Of a stretch of DNA of 64,000 nucleotides, positions 53,801-62,079 are shown piece after piece. Below the pieces are notes generated by a model. The model saw only the letters and a list, made by a program, of their open reading frames with translations. It had not been told where the DNA came from and did no database searches. The DNA is from Isurus oxyrinchus (taxonomy: Eukaryota): contig JANJGN010000008.1 of the NCBI GenBank assembly GCA_026770705.1, positions 18,662,001 through 18,726,000 on the forward strand. The letters are read 5' to 3'. The translations under genes and the position numbers were made by a program. How positions within the stretch are numbered: the first letter of the stretch is position 1; every line of letters starts with the position of its first letter.

Positions 53801-56800
53801 TTACAGTTATATATCCCCATTTGTATTTTTCAATTACTCTTCAAAAACACAGCAATTTGCACTTTTATTCTGTTACACCCAAATATCATGTTGAATGCAA
53901 ATGTAATTAATTTTAACCATCCTAATCAGTTCCCAATTTTACTGATTGGTCTTCACTGCAGACTCTTGTAATCCAGGTTCTTTCTAAACCTTAGTTTGTA
54001 GGGCACTGTGTTATACAGACTACTCAAATATTCCAATTAATAGCTCTTCCGAAACAATAGCTGTATTTTGAGTCCTTAACCCTACCCCTTGATATGTGGC
54101 TGTACATTTCCTGAGATATCACCCGACAGCCATTAAAAGCCTCCAACACTTGCCACACTTAATCTAGTGTTTCTAAAACCACTTGTGACAACTAGCACCA
54201 GTGATATAGTACAGCATACAATCCTTTTTAGACAATATTGTTTTTTTCCTGGGGGGTCTGATTCCATTTTCCAGATGATTTCAGTATATCTCATTATTCA
54301 TGTAGCAGTTTTGTAGAAATGCCTGATACAACTTCTTTAAAAATCAAGTGATTGTCATGCCCTAATCAGAAAAATCTTATTTCCCAGGTGATAACAAGAC
54401 TGTGGTGCCTGAGACGAGTGGATTCGATGAACATGCAGTTGTCAGCATAAAGGCAGAAATCGACAGTAAGTAGCTGAATCATATAATGGCTCCATCTGTA
54501 TAGGTATTGTTAAAATAGAGACTGACAGATTTTATTTTGTTAAATTTTGCTTCTAGTTTAATACTTTGAGTGGGAAGCACTTCAGATCTGCAATGATAAA
54601 TACTGAGATATTTTAAGACTCTTTAATAATATAATACTGATCTGCTGCAGCGTTCAAGCACAATACAGAAACATATTTATTCAGCCATCCTGGTCATTGT
54701 ATATATCACAGGTTTACAATAGGAATGGCTGTTTGAAATTAAATATAATATAAAGCACAGAAAGAGACCATTCGGCCCAGCCAGGACATGTCGGCATGGT
54801 TGGTTAAAGCAGCAGTTAATGACCCACTGGGATATTTTAATTACCTACTCGATAGCTCCAAGGAGGGTGGAAAGCTAGTTCAGTGCTTGGACCGTTGCTG
54901 TTCACAATTTATATTAATAATTTAGATTTTACAAACACAACCAATTTCTAAATTTGTGGATTATACCAAATTAGTCAGGGGAGGGAGGGATATTCCATAC
55001 AGAGGAGGACTGCAGTAAAAGACAAGAAGACATTAATAAACTTAAAGAATGGGCATATAATTGACAAATAAGTTTCAACTTAATGAGAGGTTTTATATTT
55101 TGGTGAGAAAAATTAGGCTGAAAATTACTTGGAATGTAATGGGATAGAGGAGCAAAACCCTCTGTGTGAAGACTAGAAATGGGCTGGATGTTGTCAGGAT
55201 CCCAACTCAACATCACTTATTAGGATTTAACTCACATCCGCCTCTCCTTTCCCATTAAAATTCACCCCCCACCCACCTACCCCCCCTCCACCACCCCACC
55301 ACCCCCCCACCCCCACATGTATCTACTCTGTCTAAACCGATTACAATTTTAAAGAAATCTCCATCCCCCCATGCCGGACACCAGCCCACACCCCCAACCC
55401 ACACCAGCTGCACCTCAACCGTCTTATTTCAAGATGCCTGCTGCCTTCCTGCCAACCATTGAATTTTCACAAGTTATAAACCTCTTCCTTTGATCTAATG
55501 CTAACTTTAACGTCTTTGGTTAGCCAAAATTATACCACTTTTTTCTGTGTTGTTTTGTGTGTTAAAGTAGTACGTATTTGAAAATTATTTATTAATTCTT
55601 TAAATATGTTTGCCATCATATAGTTTGATGCTCTTTCCTAATCTACATTAGCCAACATGCTAATCATATCTATGTATTATTTTGCTCTTTAATATTTAAG
55701 ATGCTAGTTGTGGACTTAACTAAACCATTTTCAAGCTCAATATAAAATGTTATCATTCTAAGTTCACTTTAAAAGAAATTCACAACTTGTTTTGGGATGT
55801 GTTCATACACCACATATATAGATACAAATTCTATATTTCTGTCTTATTCTGTGCAGATACAGAGAAAGAAGATATCCATTATGGATCTATTGATTTTCAG
55901 AAAAAAGCAACAGGTAGTAAAACTTAACATTGCAATTTTTTCTCATATTTTCATTTTTGTGTTCTTCAAGGTGAGAAATGTTGCTGCTTATTTAGCCTGA
56001 ATTACCTTGAGGCACCTGATGTCAACATCAAGCAGTCCTAGGGTAAAGCTCCTCATACTCAGCCACGTCAAAGTGCTGAGTAGCTGTGGTTCAGTGGAGA
56101 GCAGTCTTTTCTCTGCGTCAGAGGGTTGTGGGTTCGAATACCACTCTAGAGACTTGAGCACAAAATCTAGGCTGACACATCAATGCAGTTCTGAGGCAGT
56201 GCTGTATTATTGAAAGTGCCGTATTTCATAAGAGATTTTAAACTGAAGCCCTGTATGCTCTCCCTGGTGGATATTTAAACAAAAAGCCATAGCACTAACT
56301 TATTGAATAAAGAGGTGATTTCCTGACTATCTTGGGCAGTGTTTATCACTCAACTAACACCACTGAGAAACAGATGATCTGGTCATTATCACAATGCTGC
56401 TTGTGGAAGTCTGTTGCACACAAATTGGCTGTAGTGTTTCCTGCATTACAACATGGAGTACACTTCAAAAGTAGCCCAATGCAGCAAGACCTGGACAATA
56501 TCGGGCTTGGGCTGAGAAGTTGCAAGTAACATTTGGACCACACAAATGCCAGGTAATAACCATCTCCAGCAAGAGAGAACCCAACCATCTTCCCTTGACA
56601 ATCAATGGCCTTACTATTGCTGAATCCCTTGCTATCAACATCAACATCAACATCCAGAAACTTAGCTGGACCTGTAATATGAATACTATGCTTACAAGAA
56701 CAGGTCAGAGGGTGGGAATTCCGTGGTGGGTAACTGTAGGGGGTGGTTGTGTGTGTCAGCTTCATCTCTGACTTCTGAGCGGTCCGAATCGCTCCCACTC

Positions 56801-59784
56801 CCTGGGTTCTCGACCTTGGACTTATTTGGGGGTTGTGACAAAGTGCAGCAGACAACTGGTTTTGGTGCAAGAAAAAAAAACTGGTTTTATTGAAGTCACA
56901 AATGAACTTATAACATTAGGATTACACCGAGTTTATACAGACCTACAAAGTACACTTAGTTAAGAATGGGGAACACACGGCATAACGAGGGAAAATCACA
57001 CTACTAATCCCCTTACCCTTGTCCCACCCCCAAAACCTAACTAATTTGAACTAGGAGAGGTCGGGGATCATGCTCACCAACCAGGGTTCCTTGACAGTTC
57101 GAAATCCAGCCAGGTAAGCCGGTTGCAGTTTTGGGGTACACTCTTTGTGTCCTCTGGGGCCTGCCATCCCCATGTAGTCCTGGTCTGTGCAATCTGCGAA
57201 AGTTCTTCAGTTGGGTGGAGGGCTCCAGTTGCAGCCTTGTTATCTTCACTTGAGCCTGCCACCCCATGCCCCTCACTGTGATGTTGCCTGCAAACCTCCA
57301 GATCTCTTTCCTCCTCTTGGCTTAGCTCCCTGCTTAAACTCTGCTCACCCTCCTGTGTCAGCTTTCAAAACTGCTCTTCCTTCTGTGTCTGCCTCCCCCT
57401 TCTCACTCCTGGCCCAGTTATATTGTTTTTTCAAATTTCTTATCTAAAACCGAATCAAGGTTAGTTCTTTGTCTGATTTTGGTGGGCTTCCCCAGATGAT
57501 TGTTGTCTCGTTGTTTTTAATGGGCTCTTATGATGTTTATCATTGTCTTCCTGCCCCCATAACTAGTCTTGAACTGAAAGCCATTGTATGTGTGGAGTAT
57601 TGATGGGTTCGCATAATTGCATTGATTGTTGCCTTCCTGCCTTAGTAGTTACTAACAATTATTTATGCAAGATTTTGATGGGCTTTAGTTTCGTGTCTTT
57701 CTCTGGGTTGATTTTTTTAAAGGGAAGGATGTGTATTCTGTCTCCTCTCATTGTCTGGTTTCAGGTAAAAGTCCAAAAGTCATATCCTTGTTGATGATAT
57801 GAAAAATGTGGGAATTTTGAGAACCCTTCAGTAACTCACTTCCTGATTCCCTAAAACCTGCTCACAATCGACAAGGCACTTGTCAGAAGTGTGATGGAGT
57901 ACTCTCCATTTGCCTGGCTGAGTGCAGCTCCAACAACACTCAAGAATCTTGATGCCATCCAGGACAAAGCAGCCCACTTGATTGGCACCCCATCCACCTC
58001 AGTAAACATTCACTCCCTCCACAACCGACACACATTGGCAGCACTGTGTACTATCTACAAGATGCACTGAAGCAACTCACCAAGGCTCCTTTGACAGCAG
58101 CTTCCAAACCCACAACCTCTTGCAGTGGTTGAAGAAAGCTGTTCACCACCATCTCCTCAAAGGTAATTAGGGATAGGCAAAAATGCTGGCCAATCCAGCG
58201 ATGCCCATATCGGTGCAAAAGAATAAATTTAAAAAAAAAACATTCAAGTGCCTCAACAGCTAAGTAGAGTATAGTGGTGACTGAGGTGCTGGGCTGCCAG
58301 CCTGAAAGTCATGACTTCCAATCTGATCATGTTATGTTGAGAAATTGAATTGACTAAATCTCCCCATTTGTAGGCCAGCACCAGAGAACTTGTGGTAATG
58401 TCCCTCAGAGAAAGGCGCCTACTTTGTGGCTTCAGTGAGATGCTAACCTAAACCATGTGGTTAACCTTTAGCCCTCTCTGAGGTATATACTTGCTTCAAT
58501 ATAGAATTCTTAAAGCGGGTGGGGATGAGCAATAAATGTGGCTCTGGCCAGGGTTAGCAACTACCTGAGAACAAATACATTGAACATAGGGACCACATTA
58601 CCTCCTTCACTGACAATGAAGCATGCTAACTATTAGCATTGCTGCTAATTTTATTCATAGCATTGATAATGCCTTTCCATTTGGAAATATTTCCAGAAAG
58701 AAGCTTTTTAATAGGCAAGAATTTTTTTGTAACCATTTTTGAACAAACTATTGAAGTTGTTGACAATGTGGAACCAGAGTCAAAGGAAAATATTTGACAT
58801 TCTTGAATAATATCATGTCAAATATTGAACATGTGGATATAGAAGGAAACTTGTTTCAGCCCTCTGTGTACCAGCTTGTCTCAGGGTCAGCACACTTGTG
58901 TCTGAGAAGCAAGGTCACAGTTTTGAGCCTTGCTACTTGCAGTCTTGGTTGAGAGGATGCTCATTGTTGGTGCGCTGCCGAGCACGGTGAGTAAACTCGA
59001 ACAGTATGCAAGAGGCTTTCACATGTCCTGAAAATGAGAAAGACACTGAAAACTTCTCCCAAATTGATCTAACTAAAGCTAATTTTTATATGGGTATGTA
59101 GCTAACACCTGTTCCCTGGGCATTAATGATAGGAAATGGAGTGGTGATCATTGACACTTGACTTCCAATCCTTTTATCATGCCCATATTGCTTCAGTGGA
59201 AATAAGACTGATGGAGCATTTCCCACTATCTCAGGCTCCATTTTCTTCCAAAAACCCATCCAAAGGGCACCGAGTTCCAACAGCAGCTGAATGAGCCAGC
59301 AATGGGTCATGCAATCTCCCAGCAATGATGGACTGAGCGTTGTGATGTTCCCTGTAGCACATTCTGTAAAAGGCACTTAGTGTGCATGTGAGTAAAACAG
59401 ATCAAACCTGGCTATTGGCTGTATGAGTGAATGCCGTAAATCGAGGATGTTTGTATGCCAATTGTCATTTTTTTCAGCTTGATCTGTCAATATTATTTGT
59501 TAATTGTGATGATTTTGAATATCACAGGGAGCAGCCAGGGAGAAGGGAATACACAGTGTAACACACAATCTTCAGATACTGTAAGTACATTGATTCCTAG
59601 TCATGAAATTGTACCCTAAAATATAAATATCTACAACATTTGTAAAATTATTGATGAGAAGAGATGCAATAATTGATCACATTATTATAAATGGTTAATT
59701 TCTGTCTTGCAGGAACTGGCTCCTTCAGAGGAAGATGTTTCATCTGTCATCTATGCACAAGTAGCACAAGCAGGATATAAATAA
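11795..59784 (+). CDS. Whole gene model (15 coding exons): 8-Ig-domain, CD4/LAG-3-like type I transmembrane receptor with ITIMs, 999 aa
   Basis: Exons 11795-11882, 21746-22087, 26499-26768, 28677-29015, 29094-29363, 37635-37979, 40883-41155, 43545-43883, 43962-44231, 48554-48658, 53646-53744, 54388-54465, 55857-55913, 59528-59580, 59713-59784. All introns are GT-AG with matching phases. The exons join into an open 3000-nt frame from ATG to TAA. Confidence 0.85.
14030..15298 (-). mobile_element. Young 5'-truncated Penelope element with GIY-YIG endonuclease end and inverted pLTR
   Basis: ORF 14523-14852 reads NLVYCIRCSQCGLLYIGETKRKLGDRFAEH…GLNIEF. 14030-14168 is inverted at ~15125-15265. 13-bp TSD TATTTAAAAGCCA (14017-14029 and 15299-15311). 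Confidence 0.92.
15161..15201 (+). ncRNA. Minimal hammerhead-ribozyme-like motif in Penelope pLTR (mirror copy on - strand at ~14091-14132)
   Basis: agtt-CTGTCGA-a-gggtc-atgag-gactc-GAAA-c-GTC-aact gives stem I agtt/aact, stem II gggtc/gactc, the GAAA core and a GUC cleavage triplet. The core is a CUGUCGA variant of CUGANGA. Confidence 0.6.
16460..17390 (-). mobile_element. Tx1/L1-clade LINE RT fragment
   Basis: MPLPWRRAVIVLLPKKRDLCHLRNWRPVPLLSTDYKIVAR…GRTIFDNI…SLDQEKAFDRV. Confidence 0.85.
17805..18203. repeat. Minisatellite of ~26/30-bp units (cagcagcaggaacagccacaggaaa[tccca])
   Basis: About 14 tandem units visible directly. Confidence 0.95.
21746..22087 (+). CDS. Ig domain D1, V-like, no cysteines
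   Basis: Acceptor ttcctctttctaacag, donor G|GTGAGT, 342 nt, phase 1-1. Translation ...DEGGDISLKGPDNPGDGPVVWKWKP...DLRIRNPIIQFAGLFTLTQ...YEIFGIK follows the V-set strand pattern with both canonical Cys replaced. Confidence 0.9.
23903..24697 (-). mobile_element. Solo LTR (~795 bp)
   Basis: Termini TGTAAG…CTTACA, flanks CAAT/CAAC (4-bp TSD with one mismatch), TTTATT at ~24002 (poly(A) signal on -). Splits a repeat that also occurs inverted at ~42520-42960. Confidence 0.7.
26499..26768 (+). CDS. Ig domain D2, C2-like
   Basis: Acceptor tctttcacag, donor T|GTAAGT, 270 nt. GSDITLSC...LHW...EDGNLYEC. Confidence 0.92.
28677..29015 (+). CDS. Ig domain D3, V-type
   Basis: Acceptor ctctattacag, donor G|GTAGGA, 339 nt. 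ELYLIC...AAWIW...NFSMRIVPVLFEDAGVYKC. Confidence 0.92.
29094..29363 (+). CDS. Ig domain D4, C2-like with WxC motif
   Basis: Follows a 78-nt intron, 270 nt, donor G|GTAAGT. VTEGDTVILTCSVS...LVW...GKWIC. Confidence 0.92.
29880..31745 (+). mobile_element. LINE family 'A' (CR1/L2 group), RT region and 3' tail with poly(A)
   Basis: LDIKAAFDRVWHQG, GVPQ.SVLG, MFADD, INILGVTID motifs. A-tail at ~31739. Confidence 0.85.
31746..33510 (-). mobile_element. LINE family 'A' fragment, inverted relative to the adjacent copy
   Basis: ALDTKAAFDQLWQQG and GPDSIQAIVLKTCAPE. Reverse-complement homology to ~29900-30810. Confidence 0.8.
33975..34460 (-). mobile_element. CR1 LINE RT fragment
   Basis: IPQDSVLGPLLF, KFADDTKI, WQMEFNPEKCEVMHFG. 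Confidence 0.88.
34470..34800 (-). mobile_element. Deu-domain-like SINE remnant
   Basis: Reverse-complement similarity to the tRNA-headed SINE at 56080-56470. Confidence 0.55.
35220..35490 (-). mobile_element. Gypsy pol (RT/RNase H) fragment
   Basis: GLRPVGDQVRATREAPTPKN…GRFLPNLSAVLAPLYSLLKKNHRCTW. Confidence 0.8.
37635..37979 (+). CDS. Ig domain D5 (paralog of D1), V-like, no cysteines
   Basis: Acceptor ccctttccttgcag, donor G|GTAAGT, 345 nt. LKGPDNPGNGSIVWEW...LRIRNPMFNLAGMFTWSQ...YEVFGIK. Confidence 0.9.
39180..40260. mobile_element. L2 LINE remnant (-) interrupted by a CR1 3' fragment (+, ~39570-40100)
   Basis: L2-like TAHFHFYIVAQL…LIHAFVISGL on -. CR1 C-terminus and 3'UTR (…ggccgaatgagctactcctgctcctaattc) on +. 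Confidence 0.7.
40883..41155 (+). CDS. Ig domain D6 (paralog of D2), C2-like, F-strand Cys replaced by Trp
   Basis: Acceptor ctgtttttacag, donor G|GTAAGT, 273 nt. GSDVTLSC...LHW...NLYTW. Confidence 0.9.
41885..42230 (+). mobile_element. tRNA-derived SINE sharing its 3' tail with LINE family 'A'
   Basis: Pol III boxes (tggcatagtgg, gggtttgactc) and conserved body (gaaggaaatctgctgtccttacctggtctggcctacatgtgac). Other copies at 60555-60935 (+), 51420-51765 (-), 52560-52880 (-) and ~40500-40680 (-). Confidence 0.75.
43545..43883 (+). CDS. Ig domain D7 (paralog of D3), V-type
   Basis: Acceptor ctctctgttacag, donor G|GTAGGA, 339 nt. ELDLIC...KWTW...FSVRIVPVLFDDAGVYTC. Confidence 0.92.
43962..44231 (+). 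CDS. Ig domain D8 (paralog of D4), C2-like with WxC motif
   Basis: Follows a 78-nt intron, 270 nt, donor A|GTAAGT. VTEGDTVTLTCSVS...RNWTC. Confidence 0.92.
44515..45030 (+). mobile_element. CR1 LINE 3' end
   Basis: RTREHNLRVKG…MRRNFFSQRVVNLWNSLPQRAVEA, followed by a CR1-type 3'UTR. Confidence 0.88.
45463..46550 (+). mobile_element. LINE family 'A' 3' part
   Basis: GVPQGSVLGSTIFSCFINDLP, WADKW, and the shared tail gggcaattagggatgggaaataaatgctggcc. Confidence 0.85.
48554..48658 (+). CDS. Transmembrane exon (NSYTFQLTSVVIFASLAFLLLIILAVVLRIKCKAA)
   Basis: Acceptor ttcttctcacag, donor G|GTAAGA, 105 nt. Uncharged hydrophobic stretch followed by basic stop-transfer residues RIKCK. Confidence 0.9.
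48830..49195 (+). mobile_element. L2 LINE 3' fragment
   Basis: PIIPLLADLHWLLVKQ, RAFSCSELWNPLP, SFKTLLKTDLFDQAF. Confidence 0.75.
50020..52450 (-). mobile_element. Old LINE family 'A' copy with nested SINE
   Basis: Reverse-complement homology to 29900-31700. SINE inserted at ~51420-51765. Confidence 0.7.
53646..53744 (+). CDS. Cytoplasmic exon 1 (GLESQRPKALQPGENTEDASQLYSSLHEIQQMQ), contains YxxL
   Basis: AG acceptor at 53644-45 (weak pyrimidine tract), donor G|GTGACA, 99 nt, open, phase 1-1. Confidence 0.7.
54388..54465 (+). CDS. Cytoplasmic exon 2 (GDNKTVVPETSGFDEHAVVSIKAEID)
   Basis: Acceptor tcttatttcccag, donor A|GTAAGT, 78 nt, phase 1-1. Confidence 0.75.
55857..55913 (+). CDS. Cytoplasmic exon 3 (NTEKEDIHYGSIDFQKKAT), ITIM IHYGSI
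   Basis: Acceptor ttctgtcttattctgtgcag, donor G|GTAGTA, 57 nt. ITIM consensus I/V/L/SxYxxI/V/L at 55874-55891. Confidence 0.85.
56080..56470 (+). mobile_element. tRNA-headed Deu-domain-like SINE
   Basis: A box tggttcagtgg, B box gggttcgaatacc, body acttgagcacaaaatctaggctgacac. Inverted copies at ~34470-34800 and ~53140-53470. Confidence 0.65.
56478..58240 (+). mobile_element. LINE family 'A' 3' part, split by a solo LTR
   Basis: 56478-56734 and 57831-58240 are contiguous when compared with the copy at ~45740-46530. Confidence 0.8.
56735..57830 (-). mobile_element. Solo LTR (~1.1 kb) with perfect 5-bp TSD
   Basis: Termini TGTAGGGGGT…AACCCTTCA. TSD GTAAC at 56730-56734 and 57831-57835. TTTATT at ~56886. 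Confidence 0.8.
59528..59580 (+). CDS. Cytoplasmic exon 4 (GSSQGEGNTQCNTQSSDT)
   Basis: Acceptor atcacag, donor |GTAAGT. Phase 1 in and phase 0 out, which the last exon requires. Confidence 0.75.
59713..59784 (+). CDS. Last coding exon (ELAPSEEDVSSVIYAQVAQAGYK*), ITIM VIYAQV
   Basis: Acceptor tttctgtcttgcag, phase 0, TAA at 59782-59784. ITIM at 59746-59763. Confidence 0.85.
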   Translation, partial: ELAPSEEDVSSVIYAQVAQAGYK

Positions 59785-60040
59785 TCTTCACAGGAGAGGC
59801 AGGAATAGCTTGGAGTCAGATATATAAAATATAACATGTTTCTGTGAATTAATATTTTTAACCACAGAAAAAAACTGGAGCTTTCTTCCTATGTACCTAC
59901 TCTGATTTAATACAATCATTGCATCATACTTTTGAAACATGAAAGTAAATTGCAATAGAAATTGTTCTCTTGATATGGTTTCAACAATCATTTCACAGCT
60001 TCTGCAGGTACTGTGTATAACAAAATGCTTCATTATAAAA

Positions 60041-60046
60041 AATAAA
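60041..60046 (+). promoter_or_regulatory. Candidate polyadenylation signal
   Basis: AATAAA about 260 nt after the stop codon, within an AT-rich 3'UTR-like region. Confidence 0.45.
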
Positions 60047-61055
60047 TTGAATGTTCCATGGTTCTCTGCCCACTCAATTAATATTTCAATTGTAATAACC
60101 AACAATGATGATTCAACTATGCAATGTGTCACTAAACCTTGCGTTTCTCCTTATCTGATTGGGTCACTGTGGAACATTCATCCTTTTAACAGCAACCAAT
60201 ATTTAATCAATTCACTCAGTGATCTTTGGTTACGACTGTGAGTTTCACAAATCAACCTCATGAATGCTTTTGTTATGCAAATATATTTGGGAATATGACA
60301 ATCTTTTCTCAGAAGAAACAAATAACCTGATGAATACAGATACTTAAATATTGTCTGTTGGTTTCAGATTCATATTCTTAGGTGGAAATGATGACAGTAC
60401 ACGCATTAATGCTGTCAATCATATGTAATGGATTCTGAGTGACTGCGCTATTTCCTCATGCCATACTGATGTGAACAGAATTTAACTCCACCACTAGACC
60501 ATCCCCCAAATCTACATTAGCTGATGGTGTTATGTTGGAGTTGAAATCTATAGGTCGATGTTGGTGTAGTGATAATGTCACTGGACTAATAATCCAAGGG
60601 TCCAGGCTAGTGCTTTGGGACATAGGTTCAAATACCACCATAGTAGCTGGTGAAATTTGAATTCAGTTAATAAACCTGTAATATAAAGCCATTCTCAGTA
60701 ATAATGATGGTGAAACTATTATTGATTGTCATAAAAACCCATCTGGTTCACTGATCTCCTTCTGGGGAAGGAAATTTGCCATCCTTACCTTGTCTGGCCT
60801 ACATGTGACTACAGACCCAGAGCAGTGTTGTTGCCTCTTAACTGCCCTCTGAAATGGCCTCGCAAGCCACTCAGCTCAAGGGAAATTAGGGATGGGCAAC
60901 AAATGCTGGTCTTGCCAGTGATGCCCATGAAGGAATACAGAAGAAAAAGATATGTTAACTCCTGGATAATATTAGGAAGCAGCATTGATTCATCCATTCT
61001 TCTGTCCCATTTCCCACCAAAATAGCTCAGGTAAATATGGGATAACAGGGGATTG

Positions 61056-62049
61056 TGTTACGATCTCTGTGGAGACCAATAATTTTAAAAAGGAAATTTG
61101 AATTTCCAGTTAATAGCAGAAAGGAAGATACAACAAGATTTCATGTTTTAATCAGTTTCCTGTAAAAAAAGAGACGAAAAGCACTTTTGAATAAACTCTA
61201 TCTTTTTTGATAACTTATACTTTAAGCCACAGAATGGAAAACTGTCCTTATTTTGGCACAACAGAGATAACACACTTCACAGTTATACATTAACCATTCC
61301 ATTAAGTAGATATTTAATACTCACAAAATCAGTCCAAAGTGATTCTTAGAGATTGAGTTCTATACTTTCCCTTTCTTAGCCTGGAACATTTTAACTCCAG
61401 AAATGCCATTCACGGTACAAGTTTTCCTGGAGATTTTTTCCTCTAGCTAAACCTAGACAAATATTCCAGTCCAGTTTCAACTCCTCATGAATTTGGTATT
61501 TTCAATCTGGGTGTGAATTCTCACCCACATTCCTGCATAATGAACCATCAAGACTTTTAGCCTTTACCTGCTCTCTCTTTCTGGGATCCTAGTAGTCGAA
61601 CAATGTCTATGGGTTTTCAGGGATATTTTAGAAATCCTTCCCCTCTCAAAGCTATTTTCATGGTGACACGAATGACAAGGGCCTTGTATCCAGGTAGAAA
61701 TGCTGATTAGCTTTCCTTAAGTGCCCAACTCTCTTTCACTTTGGATTTAAATAGGCAGGTTAAAGTGCAACTGTTTTAAACCTGACGTTCTAAACATTTT
61801 TCTGGGATTAAAAGAACCACAGTCTATCCACTGTTAGCAAACTGGCTGCTGTCATTGTCTCCAATCGTAAACACCTTGCACTTTCTTCCCAGGAAAACAA
61901 TCTGGGCCCCCTTTAATCTTTAACAATCAAATCACAAAGGTATGAAATCAGGCAGACTTCAGAACAGGTAACGTGACCCGTCCCATTTTACCCTTAAATT
62001 AAAGACACAATTCCAAAGCAACAATCTTAACAACATCATAACTGTAACA
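61056..62049. mobile_element. Probable solo LTR (~1 kb)
   Basis: Termini TGTTAC…GTAACA with flanks ATTG/ATGG. The start resembles the repeat starting at 24961. Confidence 0.55.
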
Positions 62050-62079
62050 ATGGTTAATCACATGTGCAGGAAAGTGGTC

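Noticed and set aside
11795-59784. Assigning the symbol CD4 or LAG3
   Set aside because: Eight Ig domains, Cys-free D1, YxC rather than WxC in D2, no CxC/CxH Lck motif, and Tyr-based ITIMs. Orthology cannot be shown without phylogeny and synteny.
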